Shown here piece after piece: positions 1 to 13,319 of a stretch of 64,000 nucleotides of DNA. This stretch comes from Anaeramoeba ignava BMAN. Lineage: Eukaryota > Protista > Anaeramoebae. The first letter of the stretch is position 1. Each line of letters starts with the position of its first letter. The position numbers and the translations under genes are program-made. The stretch covers positions 310,001 through 374,000 of the forward strand of contig JAPDFW010000069.1 in assembly GCA_028826165.1 (NCBI GenBank). The letters are read 5' to 3'. The notes under the pieces are model-generated. The model did not search any database, was not told where the DNA came from, and was given only the letters and a program-made list of their open reading frames with translations.

Positions 1-1
1 T

Positions 2-1108
2 TTAACAGAAGAACAAATTCAAAAATTATTTACAAAAACAACTTCTTCTTCAATTAAAAATATTTTAAGTCAATATTATCAACCAAATTACGATTTTGAT
101 TCAAATGATTTTGATTCTAATTTATCTGAAGATTTTATTGAAATTTCAGATGAAAAAATTGAAACCAAATTAAAAAAGAGAGAAAAGAAAAATAAGAAGA
201 AAAACAAAAAGAAAAAAAGGAAAAAAAGACAAAATAAAATCAAAATAAAAGAAGAAAACAAAGAAATTCAAATGGAAATTGAAAATGAAAATGAAAATCA
301 AAATCAAATTGAAAATGAAAATCAAATTGAAAAAAAATCAAAACAAAATTTTACAGGATATTTAAATCTTGAAAAATACTTTTCCATGAAAAAAAAGAAA
401 AAAAACAAAGATGACTCAATATATGAAGTACCGAATAAAATACCACATGGATGGTTTGTAAGAGAGATATCAATTTATAATCCAGAAGAAGAAAAACCAA
501 CAAAATTTTATTTTGAAGTTTCATCAATTTTGAAACATAAATTTGAAAGAAAAGAATATCAAGCAATTATGATGAATCCACCATGGAAAGAAGAAATTGA
601 ATTAGAAAAAGAAATGAAGGATGAAAACACGATAGAAAAAGGAGTTAGTGTTTCTGATATATTTGGGATGGAAATAATTTCAAATTTTCAAGGATTTTTA
701 TTTATTTGGATAACAAATAATAATATGAATGAAGTGCTCAAAAAAGGGATAGAAAATGGGTTTAGATGTGTAGAAACTGTAACATGGATCAAAATCAATT
801 CTTCAAATGATTTTATGATTCATGAAGTTGGTTCATTTAAATCAGTTAAATCAACGATGTTAATTCTTGTTCATGATAAAGCAAATTTGAAAAATGTTTC
901 TCATCAAAGAAATTGTGATGTTTTAATTGATATTGAAAGGCCTAAATTTCATAATATTTCCCCTAAACCTCAATATGCTAGAAATATTGTTGAAGATATG
1001 CTTAGTTATTATAAGATTATTGATAATCCTGTGTTTTTAGATTTATGGGTTTCTAGTCCAAATGAATCTAGAAAATTTTGGATTAGTTTTCATGAGAAAG
1101 ATTATTAA
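2..1108 (+). CDS. MT-A70 family adenine-N6 methyltransferase-like protein, 5'-partial
   Basis: The frame of ORF 272..1108 is open back to position 2. MMNPPW matches the [DN]PPW motif. GFLFIWIT, GFRCVETVTWIK, HQRNCDV, PKPQY and FLDLW follow the MT-A70 motif order. Confidence 0.8.
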   Translation, partial: LTEEQIQKLFTKTTSSSIKNILSQYYQPNYDFDSNDFDSNLSEDFIEISDEKIETKLKKREKKNKKKNKKKKRKKRQNKIKIKEENKEIQMEIENENENQNQIENENQIEKKSKQNFTGYLNLEKYFSMKKKKKNKDDSIYEVPNKIPHGWFVREISIYNPEEEKPTKFYFEVSSILKHKFERKEYQAIMMNPPWKEEIELEKEMKDENTIEKGVSVSDIFGMEIISNFQGFLFIWITNNNMNEVLKKGIENGFRCVETVTWIKINSSNDFMIHEVGSFKSVKSTMLILVHDKANLKNVSHQRNCDVLIDIERPKFHNISPKPQYARNIVEDMLSYYKIIDNPVFLDLWVSSPNESRKFWISFHEKDY

Positions 1109-1134
1109 TCAAACAATAAAACATAAATAAAGCA

Positions 1135-2540
1135 TAATTTAAAATTTAAATCAAAAATAATATTTTATTTAATTATTTATTAAACTTTAAACATAAATTC
1201 TTATTCTATTTAATTAGTTTAAATTAAATTATTTATAAATTATTTATTAATTATAATTTAAATTTTAAATATAAATTTAAATCAAAAATAAATATTATTT
1301 TATTTAATTATTTATTAATTATTTATTAAACTTTAAACATTAATTCTTATTCTATTTATTTATTTAAATTAAATTATTTATAAATTATTTATTAATTATT
1401 ATTTAAATTTTAAATATAAATTTAAATCAAAAATAAATATTATTTTATTTAATTATTTATTAATTATTTATTAAACTTTTAAACATAAAATTCTTTATTT
1501 ATTTATTTATTTAAATTAAATTATTTATAAATTATTTATTAATTATAATTTAAATTTTAAATTTAAATTTAAATCAAAAATAAATATTATTTTATTTAAT
1601 TATTTATTAATTATTTATTAAACTTTAAATATTAAATTCTTATTCTATTTATTTATTTAAATTAAATTATTTATAAATTATTTATTAATTATAATTTAAA
1701 TTTTAAATATAAATTTAAATCAAAAATAAATATTATTTTTATTTTATTATTTATTAATTATTTATTAAACTTTAAATATTAATTCTTATTTTATTTATTT
1801 ATTTAAATTAAATTATTTATAAATTATTTATTAATTATTATTTAAATTTTAAATATAAATTTAAATCAAAAATAAATATTATTTTATTTTTATTATTTAT
1901 TAATTATTTATTAAACTTTAAATATTAAATTCTTATTTTTATTTAATTGTTTAAATTAAATTATTTATAAATTATTTATTAATTATAATTTAAATTTTAA
2001 ATATAAATTTAAATCAAAAATAAATCAAAAATAAATATTAAACTTTAAATCCTTATTTATTTATTTATTTAAATTAAATTATTTATAAATTATTTATTAA
2101 TTAATTTAAATTTTAAATATAAATTTAAATCAAAAATAAATATTATTTTATTTAATTATTTATTAATTATTTATTAAACTTTAAATATTATTTTTTTTAT
2201 TTAAATTAAATTATTTATAAATTATTTATTAATTATTTTAATTTTTAAATATAAATTTAAATCAAAAATAAATATTATTTTTATTTAATTATTTATTAAC
2301 TATTTATTAAACTTTAAACATTAATTCTTATTCTATTTATTTATTTAAATTAAATTATTTATAAATTATTTATTAATTATAATTTAAATTTTAAATATAA
2401 ATTTAAATCAAAAATAAATATTATTTTATTTAATTATTTATTAATTATTTATTAAACTTTAAATATTAATTCTTATTCTATTTATTTATTTAAATTAAAT
2501 TATTTATAAATTATTTATTAATTATAATTTAAATTTTAAA
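1135..2540. repeat. Tandem repeat, ~146-bp unit, about 10 copies, intergenic
   Basis: The anchor TCAAAAATAA recurs at 1282, 1427, 1574, 1720, 1866 and 2014 (spacing 145-148). Confidence 0.9.
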
Positions 2541-3054
2541 TAAAAAAAATGATCAAAAAAATGATCAAAAAAAAAAAAAAATAGGAATAAAAAAAATGGA
2601 AAATAAATTCTCCTTTTTTTATTTATTTATTTAAAATATTATTTTTAAATCAAATTATAAATAAAATATTGAATACTTGAAATAATAAATCTCCTTTGTT
2701 TTTAAATTTTTGTTTTTTAAATTGGTTTTTAATTAAAAAATTAAAATTAATTTAAATTGACAAGTGGACAAAAAAAGGTTTTATCTACTTAAGTGGATAA
2801 TTTAATTTTGCTTTATAATTTTTACCTTTTTTGCTTTATTTTTTGATTTTAAAAAAAATGATCAATTCTTCATTTTATTCATTTTTATTTTTTTTTATTT
2901 TTTTATTCTTTTTAAAAAATCTATTCAAAAAATTAAAAAAATTGAATATAAAATTTTTTAAAATACACAATTTTTAATATAAACAATTGATTTCTTTGTT
3001 CTTTCTTTATTTGATTTTTATTTTGATTTTTATTTTATAATTAAACAAAAAAAA

Positions 3055-3333
3055 ATGACAGGAAAATTTAATCCAAATTTTAATTCAAATTTAAATTCAT
3101 TAAAAATAATTCAACCAAAACAAAACATTAATTTTTTTGCACTTTTTAATCAAAATCAACAAGAACTTCCACCTTTTCAATTAGAAAATTATAATAAAGG
3201 AAAGATAATTGAAGAAAATGGTTTAACTCAAATTCAAACTTCAGATTCTGTTCCTGATTTTTTGGTTTATTATTCTTATGATATTGAATTAAAAAAAGAT
3301 GAAGAAAAAATTCAAATTGAAAAAAAAATCTAA
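3055..3333 (+). CDS. Hypothetical 92-aa protein
   Basis: AAAAAATG start context and non-repetitive, coding-like composition. No recognisable motif. Confidence 0.4.
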   Translation: MTGKFNPNFNSNLNSLKIIQPKQNINFFALFNQNQQELPPFQLENYNKGKIIEENGLTQIQTSDSVPDFLVYYSYDIELKKDEEKIQIEKKI

Positions 3334-3519
3334 ATCTAAATCTAAAACTAAATTCAATAATTTTTTAATTTTAAAATTAATTGGATTTAATAATTCCTTT
3401 ATTTTTTTTAAATGTTTCCTCTTTTTTTCTTTTTTTTTCTTTTTTTTTTATTAATTAAAAGCGAAAAATATTTTTTTTCATTTTTTTTTTCATTTTTTTT
3501 TTAAATTAATTTTATTAAA

Positions 3520-6500
3520 ATGTTTCCAAGATTTTCAACAACTCCTTCAAGATTTGGAAATTATGATTTACTTCGTACTCCAAAAGTTAGTTTAAAAACA
3601 CAAGGAAATGTAAATTAAATTTAAAAAATTTGTAAAATTAAATTTATTTTTTAAAATTTTTTAAAATTAAAAGTGAATTTTATTTTTATATAACATTTTA
3701 AATTAGACGTTATTTAATTATTTAAATTAAAAATTAAAATTCTAAATTAAAATTAATCATAGATTTCTAAATTCAATAATTAAAATTATAATTAAAATTA
3801 AAATGAAAATTAAAATTAAAATTAAAATTAAAATTAAAATTAAAATTAAAATTAAAATTAAAATTAAAATTAAAATTAAAATTCAAAATTAAAATTAAAA
3901 TCAAAATTAAAATTAAAATTCAAAAATTAATTTAAAAAGACAATAGAAGGACTTAATAAAGAAAACTTTGAACTAAAATTAAAAATATATTATTTAGAAG
4001 ATGAACTCAAAAAATTTATACAAGATGATGAAGTTGATGAATCTTATCCACAACAAATTGCAGAATTAAAAACAGAACTTGAAATGAAAACCAATGAATT
4101 AGAAGAAACAGATAATTTACTAAAAGAAGCAAGAGAAACAATATCAGATTTACAACAACAACTTCAAGAAACTCCAACAAAAAAACCAGCATTTCTTGAT
4201 AAATTATCATTTAGTGGATTAAGAAAAAGCCAGTAAATAAAATAATAATATTTTTTAATTAAATTGCTTTAAATTAAATTATTTTAAATTATTTAAATTA
4301 AATTATTTTAAATTATTTAAATTAAATTATTTTAAATTATTTTAATTAAATTATTTTAAATTAAATTATTTAAATTAAATTATTTTAAATTAAATTATTT
4401 TAAATTAAATTATTTAAATTAAATTATTTTAAATTAAATTGTTTTAAATTAAATGTTTTAAATTAAATTATTTAAATTAAATTATTTTAAATTAAATTAT
4501 TTAAATTAAATTATTTTAAATTAAATTATTTTAATTAAATTATTTAAATTAAATTATTTTTAAATTAAATTGTTTTAAATTAAATTGTTTTAAATTAAAT
4601 TATTTAAATTAAATTGTTTAAATTAAATTATTTTAAATTAAATTGTTTTAAATTAAATTGTTTTAAATTAAATTGTTTTAAATTAAATTGTTTTAAATTA
4701 AATTGTTTTAAATTAAATTATTTTAAATTAAATTGTTTTAAATTAAATTATTTTAAATTAAATTGTTTTAAATTAAATCGTTTTAAATTAAATTGTTTTT
4801 AAATTAAATTATTTTAAATTAAATTATTTTAAATTAAATTGGTTTAAATTAAATTATTTTAAATTAAATTATTTTTAAATTAAATTATTTTAAAAATTAT
4901 TTAAAAATTGTTTTTAAATTATTTTAAATTAAATTATTTTAAATTAAATTGTTTTTAAATTAAATTATTTTAAATTAAATTGTTTTAAATTAAATTATTT
5001 TAAATTAAATTATTTTAAATTAAATTGATTTAAATTAAATTATTTTAAAGAATTAAATTGCTTTAAATTAAATTGTTTTAAATTAAATTGTTTAAATTAT
5101 TTAAATTAAATGGTTTAAATTAAATTGTTTTAAATTAAATTATTTTAAATTAAATTATTTTAAATTAAATTATTTTTAAATTAAATTGTTTTAAATTAAA
5201 TTGTTTTAAATTAAATTGTTTTAAATTAAATTAAATGGTTTAAATTAAATTGTTTTAAATTAAATTATTTTAAATTAAATTGTTTTAAATTAAATTGTTT
5301 TAAATTAAATTATTTTAAATTAAATTATTTTAAATTAAATTGTTTTAAATTAAATTAAATTGTTTTAAATTAAATTGTTTTTAAATTAAATTATTTTTAA
5401 ATTAAATTATTTTAAATTAAATTATTTAAATTAAATTTTTTAAATTAAATTGTTTTAAATTAAATTGTTTTAAATTAAATTGTTTTAAATTAAATTGTTT
5501 TAAATTAAATTATTTTAAATTAAATTGGTTTAAATTAAATTGGTTAAATTAAATTGTTTTAAATTGTTTTAAATTAAATTATTTAAATTAAATTGTTTTA
5601 AATTAAATTGTTTTAATTAAATTGTTTTAATTAAATTAAATTATTTAAAAATTAAATTATTTTAAATTAAAATTTTTTAGTCAAGAATTACTTCAACAAA
5701 GTATTGAACTCCAAAAAAAAAGAACTTCAGAAGTTCAAAATCAAGAAATTGATGCTTTAAAACAAACAATTCAATTAAATAGTGAAAATGATACTCTTAA
5801 AGATATGGAAATTAGAAATCTTAATGATAGAAATGAACAATTAGTTTCTGAAAACCAAGAATTAACTTCTCAATATGAAGAAATTTCTTCACAACTTGAA
5901 CAACTCAAAGAAGCATATTCCCAAGAAAAATATCAAAATAACCAGAAATTAGAAAATTTATCTTCTCAAAACGAAGAATTATCAAACCAATTAAATTCTT
6001 TATTCCAAGAAAACCAACAACTACAAGAAACAATCGAAAATATTAATCAAAAATTATCTCAAAAAAAACAAAAATATCAAAAAAACAAAAACGATTTATT
6101 TTCTCAAATCCAACAATTAACTTCCCAAAACGAAGAATTATCAGCTCAATTTGATTTATTGAAAACTAATCATGATAAATTAGATCAAGAAAATGAAAAT
6201 TTATCTTCTATGATTGAAGAACAAACTCAATATCTTGAAAAACAAAAACAAATTGCTCTTAAACTCCAAAATTTATTGGAACAAAACAAAAAGAAAACAG
6301 AAATATTGGAACAAGATAATGACGAAAAAGATCAACAACTTGAACAACAAAATCTTGAAAACAACGAAATTACTGAATCCATAACATCTGCTCTTCAAAA
6401 ATTGGAAAATTACACTCAAATCATTCAAGAAAAAAATGAGAAAATTAGAGAAAAAGAACAAGAATTCCAAAATCTTCAAGATCAAGCCCAAAAAATGCAA

Positions 6501-9500
6501 AAAGAAATTGAAAACTTATCCCAAAAAGCAAATCAAATGGAAAATGAAGATTCTTCAAAAATAGAATCCATTTCTCTTCTTCAAAATGATCTTGAATCCA
6601 AAAACAAAGAAATTGAAAATCTTAATTCACAAATAAACGATTTGAATCAAGAAAAACAAAATTTAAAAAATGAGATTGCTCAATTAAATGAAAATAATAA
6701 AGAATTTGAAAATCAAAACAACCAAATTTCTGGATCATTAGAAAATATGAAACAAGAATTCCAAGAAACATATCAAGAACTTCAAAAAGTAATTCTTGAA
6801 TACAAACAACAAGCTTTGAATGACAATCAACAAATTGAAAACCAACTGCAAAATATTGCCAAATTAGAAAAAGATAACCAATTATTGAGCGAAAATTTGA
6901 AACAAATTGAAAATCAAGAAAATTCTCAATTCCAAAATTTACAATCAAAAATCAAGAAGAATGAGGAAAAGAAAAAAGAATTAAAACAACAAATCGAAAA
7001 ATTACAAAATCAAAACGAACAAACAAAACAATCATTGATGAAATTGGAAAAACAAGTAGGACATTTAAAAGTGGAAAACCAAAATTTAATGAGAGTTAAA
7101 GAACAATTATTAAATCTTAAAAATCAAAACGAATCAACAATCAAAGAATATCAACAATCACATGAAAAAGCACAACAATATATTAACGAACTTAAGCAAA
7201 ATCAAACTCATGTTTTCACAAACAGCGAAAGACAAAAACAAGATTTATTAGATCTAGCTCAAGAAAGAGAAGGTCTTGAAAATGAGATTAATAAACTAAA
7301 AGATATGAATCGCCAAAAACAAAATGAAATTAATTTATTGCAATCTGAACTTATTGAAGCCAAAAATAAAATTGATGAGTTGAACGAAAATATACAACAA
7401 CTTGCAAATGAATATACCTCAAAAATACAAGAAATTGTTGGTCTTTCACAAACTACAACATTAAATCAAAATGGATGGGAAAATCAACAAAATCAAATGA
7501 AAGAATTTTTCAATTCTCAAATTGAAAAACTTCAAAAAAAACTGAATAAAAATGCCAAATTAATTGATGAATTACGCAAAGAAATTGAAAACAAAGATCT
7601 CGAAATTATGCAATCAAAGAAAGATATTACTAATTTAAAAATGGCTGAAAGTCAGAATAATGAATATTATGAACAAGCTATTGATGAACTAAATTCCAAA
7701 ATTGCAGAAAAAGAATCCATTTTAAGAAACTTAAATTTTGAAAGTGATAAAGCTCTTCAAGAAAAAACATCCACAATCGCAGAAAATTATCAACAAGAAC
7801 TTCAAGAAAGAGATTCATTACTTAATATTATCAACGATAAATTACAGCAAATTGTTTCTGATCCAAATTTATTAAGAAGTGATTTAATGAACCAGCAATT
7901 CAAAGGTTTATCTTCAAATTTTATTCTTTTGAAAACAAATATTTTACAAAAAATTAATCATCTTTTGGATTATAAATTGGAATTGGAAAGAAAGAAAAAA
8001 GAAATTGATAATAAATTGAGCAAATTTTCATCAACAGTGGATAATAAATTGAATGAACAAAAAAGAAAAAACGAAGAAAACGAAAAAAGAATCAAAGATT
8101 TAATGTCACATTTGAAAGCTTTAAGAGAACTTAATCAACAAAAAACCCAAGATTTAGTTTCTGCTCAAGACATGATTCAACATTTAGAATCAGAAAAAAC
8201 ACAAGCAGAAAGCACTATGTTATTATTATCACAAGATGTTTCTTCCAAAACTAATAAACATGAAAATGCAATTCGAGAAATTAATTCATTGAAACAAACA
8301 CGAAAATCACTTCAAGATAAAATTTTACAAATTGAAAAACATCTTAATGAAAAAATTGATAGTCAACAAGCTATTCTGAAAGAAAGAAATGAAATTGCTC
8401 AAGAAAATGAATCAATGCAAAAAGAAATTTCAAACTTGCAAAACGAATGCCAAAATTTACAAAGAGAATACACAAAAATTGAATCTGAAAGAGATGATTT
8501 ATACAAACAATTAGCAAGTCTTCAAGAAGAAAAAGAGCAAATTGAAAGTGATTTTTGAACAAAAGAAGCAGATTATCAATCCAAAATTGATTATTTAAAC
8601 AAAAAATATGAAGATCTCCGAAATGAACAAATATCATATTCAAATCTTAATAAGGAAAATCAACAATTACTAAGAGATTTTAGAGAAATTCAAACTGAAA
8701 GAAATACTTTATATTCTGAAATTAAGCAATTACGCAAAGATAAAAGTGAACTTCAATCTGATATACAAAAATTGCAATTTCTTGTTAGAGATTCAAATAA
8801 TTTGAAATCTGATTTAGAAAGTTTTCAAATTCAAATCAAAATGAAAGAACAAGAATTGGAAGAAAAAGAAAATGAAATTTTAAAATTAAAAATGAAACAA
8901 AAACAAAATGAGAATTATGAATTGAAATTAAAAGATGAAGAATTGGAAGAAAAAGAAAATGAAATTTTAAAATTAAAAATGAAAGAAAAACAAAATGAAA
9001 ATGAAATTTTAAAATTAAAAATGAATGAACAAGAATTGGAAGAAAAGGAAAATGAAATTTTAAAATTAAAAATGAATCAGAAACAAAATGAAAATGAAAA
9101 TTATAAATTAAAAATGAATGAACAAGAATTACAAGAAAAACAAAATGAAATTAATTCATTAAATTGGAAATTGCAAAATCAACAATCAAAATTAAAAGAA
9201 TTAGATGAATTGAATCAAGATCTTGAAACAGAAAACAATAAACTAAATCAAGATATGAATGAATTACAAAAACAATTATCAATCGCAGAAAAAAAAATAC
9301 AAGAAGCATTAAATCCTCTTCCAAATTCAACAATAGATTCAAATTCACAAAGAAGTCTTGATTTAAATTCAATTCAAAACCCAGATTCTCAAAAAGGAAT
9401 TTTCTCAAATTTCAAATCAAAATTATCAACACTTAGTAAAGAAAACCAACCAAAATCAACTGAAATGAATTATTCATCTCCAATTTATGCAGCAAATATT

Positions 9501-10361
9501 CAATCAAATCAAAAACCATATATTGAAAGAAAATCACCAACAATTCCAAATTATTCAATAACCAAAAATTTGAAAATTTCTCCAAAATTAAATGAAAATC
9601 CAAATCCTAAAAATTTGAATAATTATACACATCTTTATCCTAATAGTTTATCAAGCGTTCCATCAGAATTTGATAATTTATCCTTTCAATCTGATCTTGA
9701 AGAAGAAAAATTATTGGAAAGAACTCAAGGTTCACCATCAAAATTGGAGAACGAACTTGATAAGATAATTATAGACCAAGTTGAAAAAATGCAAAAAGTT
9801 ATGAAAAAATCACATGATAAACTTGAAAAAAATCGATTGGATTACATAAAAGAACAAACAAAGAAATCAAAACCAGCAAATATTATTAGACAAGCAAAAT
9901 CAGCAATAACAGGAATAAATAAACCGTTAAGTAATTTATCAAATAAAAACAATTTGCAAAGAAATTTCAATCAAGAATTTCAATCACCAAAAGCTATAAA
10001 TCCAATTAGAAATCATTCAAATTTTAATTTCCAAACAGGAATTCCAAAAACAGAACCAAAAATCAAATTAAAACCTCTTTTCAACAAGAATTCTTTCCAA
10101 AATGATAATAATTTAAATCAAAATGATAATTTAATTTTAGAAAGTAATTCGTTTAAAAGTGATGAATTTACAAGTAATTCTCCAATTCCAATTAGAATCA
10201 AAGAACAAAATGAACAAGAAAAAAAATATTTTCCTTTTCAATCACATTTAAATTCAAAAACAAAAGAAATTGAAAATGATCCAATTGAAGAAATTTCAAA
10301 ATTATCAAAAGGTTTAAATTTTTTACAAAATCAATTAAAACAGTATTCTAATAAGAAATAA
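3520..10361 (+). CDS. Centrosomin/CDK5RAP2/Mto1-like gamma-tubulin-complex receptor (CM1 motif plus long coiled coil); exons 3520-3609, 3940-4232, 5681-10361
   Basis: Splicing GT-AG introns 3610-3939 and 4233-5680 gives SLKTQGN|TIEGLNKENFELKLKIYYLEDEL (CM1/Cnn_1N motif) in frame with ORF 5805. ORF 8772..10361 is in the same frame, separated by a single TGA at 8556-8558. Confidence 0.8.
4255..5670. repeat. Intronic ~15-bp minisatellite (TTAAATTAAATTATT/GTT)n
   Basis: Directly visible tandem array filling intron 2 of the CM1 gene. Confidence 0.9.
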
Positions 10362-10414
10362 ATAAAAAATTTAAATTTAATTTTTTCATTTTTTTCATTT
10401 TATTAAATTTAAAA

Positions 10415-11864
10415 ATGAAAATTTTGATTTTGTTTTTTCTCTTTTGTTATTCTTTCCAAAACCAACTTCGCCCAATAATTGGAATTCTAACACAACCATC
10501 TTTACAAGAAATTGAACCTTATGGTGAACAATATATAGCTAGTTCATATGTAAAATTTGTTGAAAGTGGAGGAGCAAGAGCAGCGCCAATAAAATATAAT
10601 TTAGAAAAAACAGAATTAGACAAACTCTTGAACTCAGTAAATGGAATACTTTTTGCTGGGGGAGATTATAGAAATTTGAATCCAGGAACGAAATATTCTG
10701 AGACAATCGAATATATATTTGATTTTGTTATTGATAAGAATAATAAAGGAATCCATTTGCCTCTTCAAGGAACTTGCATGGGATTTGAAGCTCTTTGTCT
10801 TGCTGCGACAAAGAATCATAGCGTGTTTTCTCGTGTTAATATGGAAAATATTTCAGTGCCTTTGGATTTTATTGGAGGAGATCCTAAAAAAATTTCGAAA
10901 TTATTTAAAAATGCAAGTTATGAAATTATTGATATTTTGAAATTTAAAAATGTTACTTTGAATAATCATGTTAATTGTGTTGAATTTGATGTTTTTGAAA
11001 AGAATTCTCAATTAACTACTATGTTTCATCCTATTTCTATTAATACTGGTGGTTTATATAATTTAACATTTGTTTCAACAATGGAAGCATGGGATTATCC
11101 AATTACAGGAACACAAGTATTTATAAAATCCAATCAAAATTCAATTATAAAATTAAAATTAAAATCAAAATTCAATTATAAAATTAAAATTAAAATTAAA
11201 ATTAAAATTAAAATTAAAATTAAAATTAAAATTAAAATTAAAATTAAAATTAAAATTCATTTATAAATTAAAATTAAAATTAAAATTAAAATTAAAATTA
11301 AAATTAAAATTAAAATTAAAATAAAAATCGGATAAAAAATTAAAATTAAAATTAAAATTAAAATTAATATTAAAATTTAAATTAAAATTAAAATAAAAAT
11401 TCATTTATAAATTTAAAATTAAAATTAAAATTAAAATTAAAATTAAAATTAAAATTAAAATTAAAATTAAAAATTAAAAATCGGATAAAAAATTAAAATT
11501 AAAATTAAAATTAATATTAAAATTTAAATCAATATTAAAATTAAAATTAAAATTAAAATTAAAATTAAAATTAAAATTAAAATTAAAATTAAAAATCGGA
11601 TAAAAAAATATTCTTCATTTTGTTTAAAAGTGGCATCCTGAAAAAAATGTTTTTGAATGGAATCCAAATGAAGATATAAATCATTCAAAATATGCTATTT
11701 TAATAACTCAATTTATCTCAAATTATTTCATTAATGAATCTCGTAAAAATAATCAATCATTTCCAAATCAAGAAGAAGAAGAAAAAGCTTTAATTTATAA
11801 TTATACTCCTTTATATTCAGCTTCTTTTATTCCAGATTTTGAACAAGTTTATGTTTTCAATTAA
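10415..11864 (+). CDS. GGH: Gamma-glutamyl hydrolase (peptidase C26) with signal peptide; exons 10415-11116, 11631-11864
   Basis: RPIIGIL, YIASSYVKFVESGGAR and catalytic GTCMGFE. YPITGTQ|WHPEK is restored by GT-AG intron 11117-11630, which is filled with (AAAATT)n. Hydrophobic N-terminus. Confidence 0.92.
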
Positions 11865-11939
11865 AAAGATTTTTTTCATTTCATTTTATTAATTAATTAA
11901 ATCAAATTTTAACTTCAAAATAAAACAAAATCTTTTTCT

Positions 11940-12190
11940 TTAATTTGATTTTGATTTTGATTTTCATTTTTATTTTAATTTTGATTTTTATTTTAATTTG
12001 ATTTTGATTTTGATTTTGATTTTGATTTTAATTTTGAATTTTAATTTTGATTTTCATTTTGATTTTGATTTTGATTTTGATTTTCATTTTGATTATGATT
12101 TTGATTTTGATTTTGATTATGATTTTGATTTTGATTTTGATTTTAATTTTAATTTTGATTTTAATTTTGATTTTGATTTTGATTTTGATT
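11940..12190. repeat. (GATTTT)n microsatellite
   Basis: Visible hexamer array between the convergent GGH and LSm6 3' ends. Confidence 0.85.
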
Positions 12191-12196
12191 AAATAA

Positions 12197-12519
12197 TTAT
12201 AAATCTTGTAAATTTCTTTTCTTTTGTGGAGTAACATAAAAAACATTATTTCCTCTAATAAAAATATCTGCATATTTATTTTTAAATTGTCCTTCAATCC
12301 ATTCTTCAGCTTGTTCCAAGGAAATATTCATATATGCATCAAGACATGCAAGAATTCCTTTTGTTTTATTTATTATTATTTATTTTCATTTAAGAAAGAA
12401 ACAATTTAAAAAATAATTTTAAAAAAAAAACCTTTATATTCAATAGAACTTGTTAATTTAACAATAACTGGTTTTCCAATAATATTTTTAAGGAAATCAC
12501 TTGGAGATTTTGAAGTCAT
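12197..12519 (-). CDS. LSM6: Sm-like protein LSm6; exons 12519-12432, 12357-12197 (not in the ORF track)
   Basis: Spliced translation MTSKSPSDFLKNIIGKPVIVKLTSSIEYKG|ILACLDAYMNISLEQAEEWIEGQFKNKYADIFIRGNNVFYV has Sm1/Sm2 motifs typical of LSm6. GT-AG intron 12431-12358. Confidence 0.9.
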
Positions 12520-12554
12520 TTTTATTTTTTAAAATGAAAAAATGAAAAAAATGA

Positions 12555-13235
12555 AAAAAATGAAAATAAATTTAAATTAATATTTATTAATAAAATATTT
12601 TTAAATATTATTTTTAAATTAAAATTATTATTTAATTCTTATATTTATTATTTAAAAATAAATTAATTAAATTAATAAAAATAAAATCGGATAAAAAATT
12701 TAATTAAAATGAATTAAAAAATGAAAATAAATTTAAATTTATATTAATTAATAAAATATTTTTAAATATTATTTTTAAATTAAATTTATTATTTAATTAT
12801 TATATTTATTATTTAAAAAATAAATTAATTAATTAATAAAAATAAAAACGGATAAAAAATTTAATTAAAATAAAATAAAAAATGAAAATAAATTTAAATT
12901 AATATTAATTAATAAAATATTTTTAAATATTATTTTTAAATTAAATTTATTATTTAATTCTTATATTTATTATTTAAAAATAAATTAAATAAATTAATAA
13001 AAATAAAATCGGATAAAAAATTTAATTAAAAATAAAATTAAATTTAAACAAAAAAAAAAGGGAAATCAAGTCTCGCTTTATATGGTCATCCTTGCACAGA
13101 TAAGTAATTTAAAATTAGATTAAATTAAATTTATTATTTAATTATTATATTTATTATTTAAAAATAAATTAAATAAATTAATAAAAATAAAATCGGATAA
13201 AAAATTTAATTAAAAATAAAATTAAATTTAAACAA
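12555..13235. repeat. Tandem repeat, ~160-bp unit, between LSm6 and U6
   Basis: AAATGAAAATAAATTTAAATT recurs at about 12558, 12719 and 12880. AAAATCGGATAAAAAA (one copy AAAACGG) recurs four times. Confidence 0.8.
13050..13099 (-). pseudogene. Truncated duplicate of the 3' half of U6 snRNA
   Basis: Identical to the U6 3' segment (CTGTGCAAGGATGACCATATAAAGCGAGACTTGATTTCCCTTTT on the minus strand) but lacks the ACAGAGA box and 5' stem. Confidence 0.75.
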
Positions 13236-13288
13236 AAAAAAAAGGGAAATCAAGTCTCGCTTTATATGGTCATCCTTGCACAGGGGCC

Positions 13289-13319
<31 letters not shown>

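Noticed and set aside
1135-2540. Periodic repeats as a possible CRISPR array
   Set aside because: The whole unit repeats with no unique spacers, no cas genes are present, and the context is eukaryotic.
4614-4802. ORF (FKLNC)n and similar ORFs at 11998, 33608, 37988-38511, 47662-48500 and 54915-56552
   Set aside because: These are translations of microsatellites or antisense/alternate frames of real genes.
8556-8558. Alternative genetic code or selenocysteine at TGA
   Set aside because: It is an isolated case in a coiled coil next to a homopolymer, Trp is encoded by TGG elsewhere, and no SECIS is evident.
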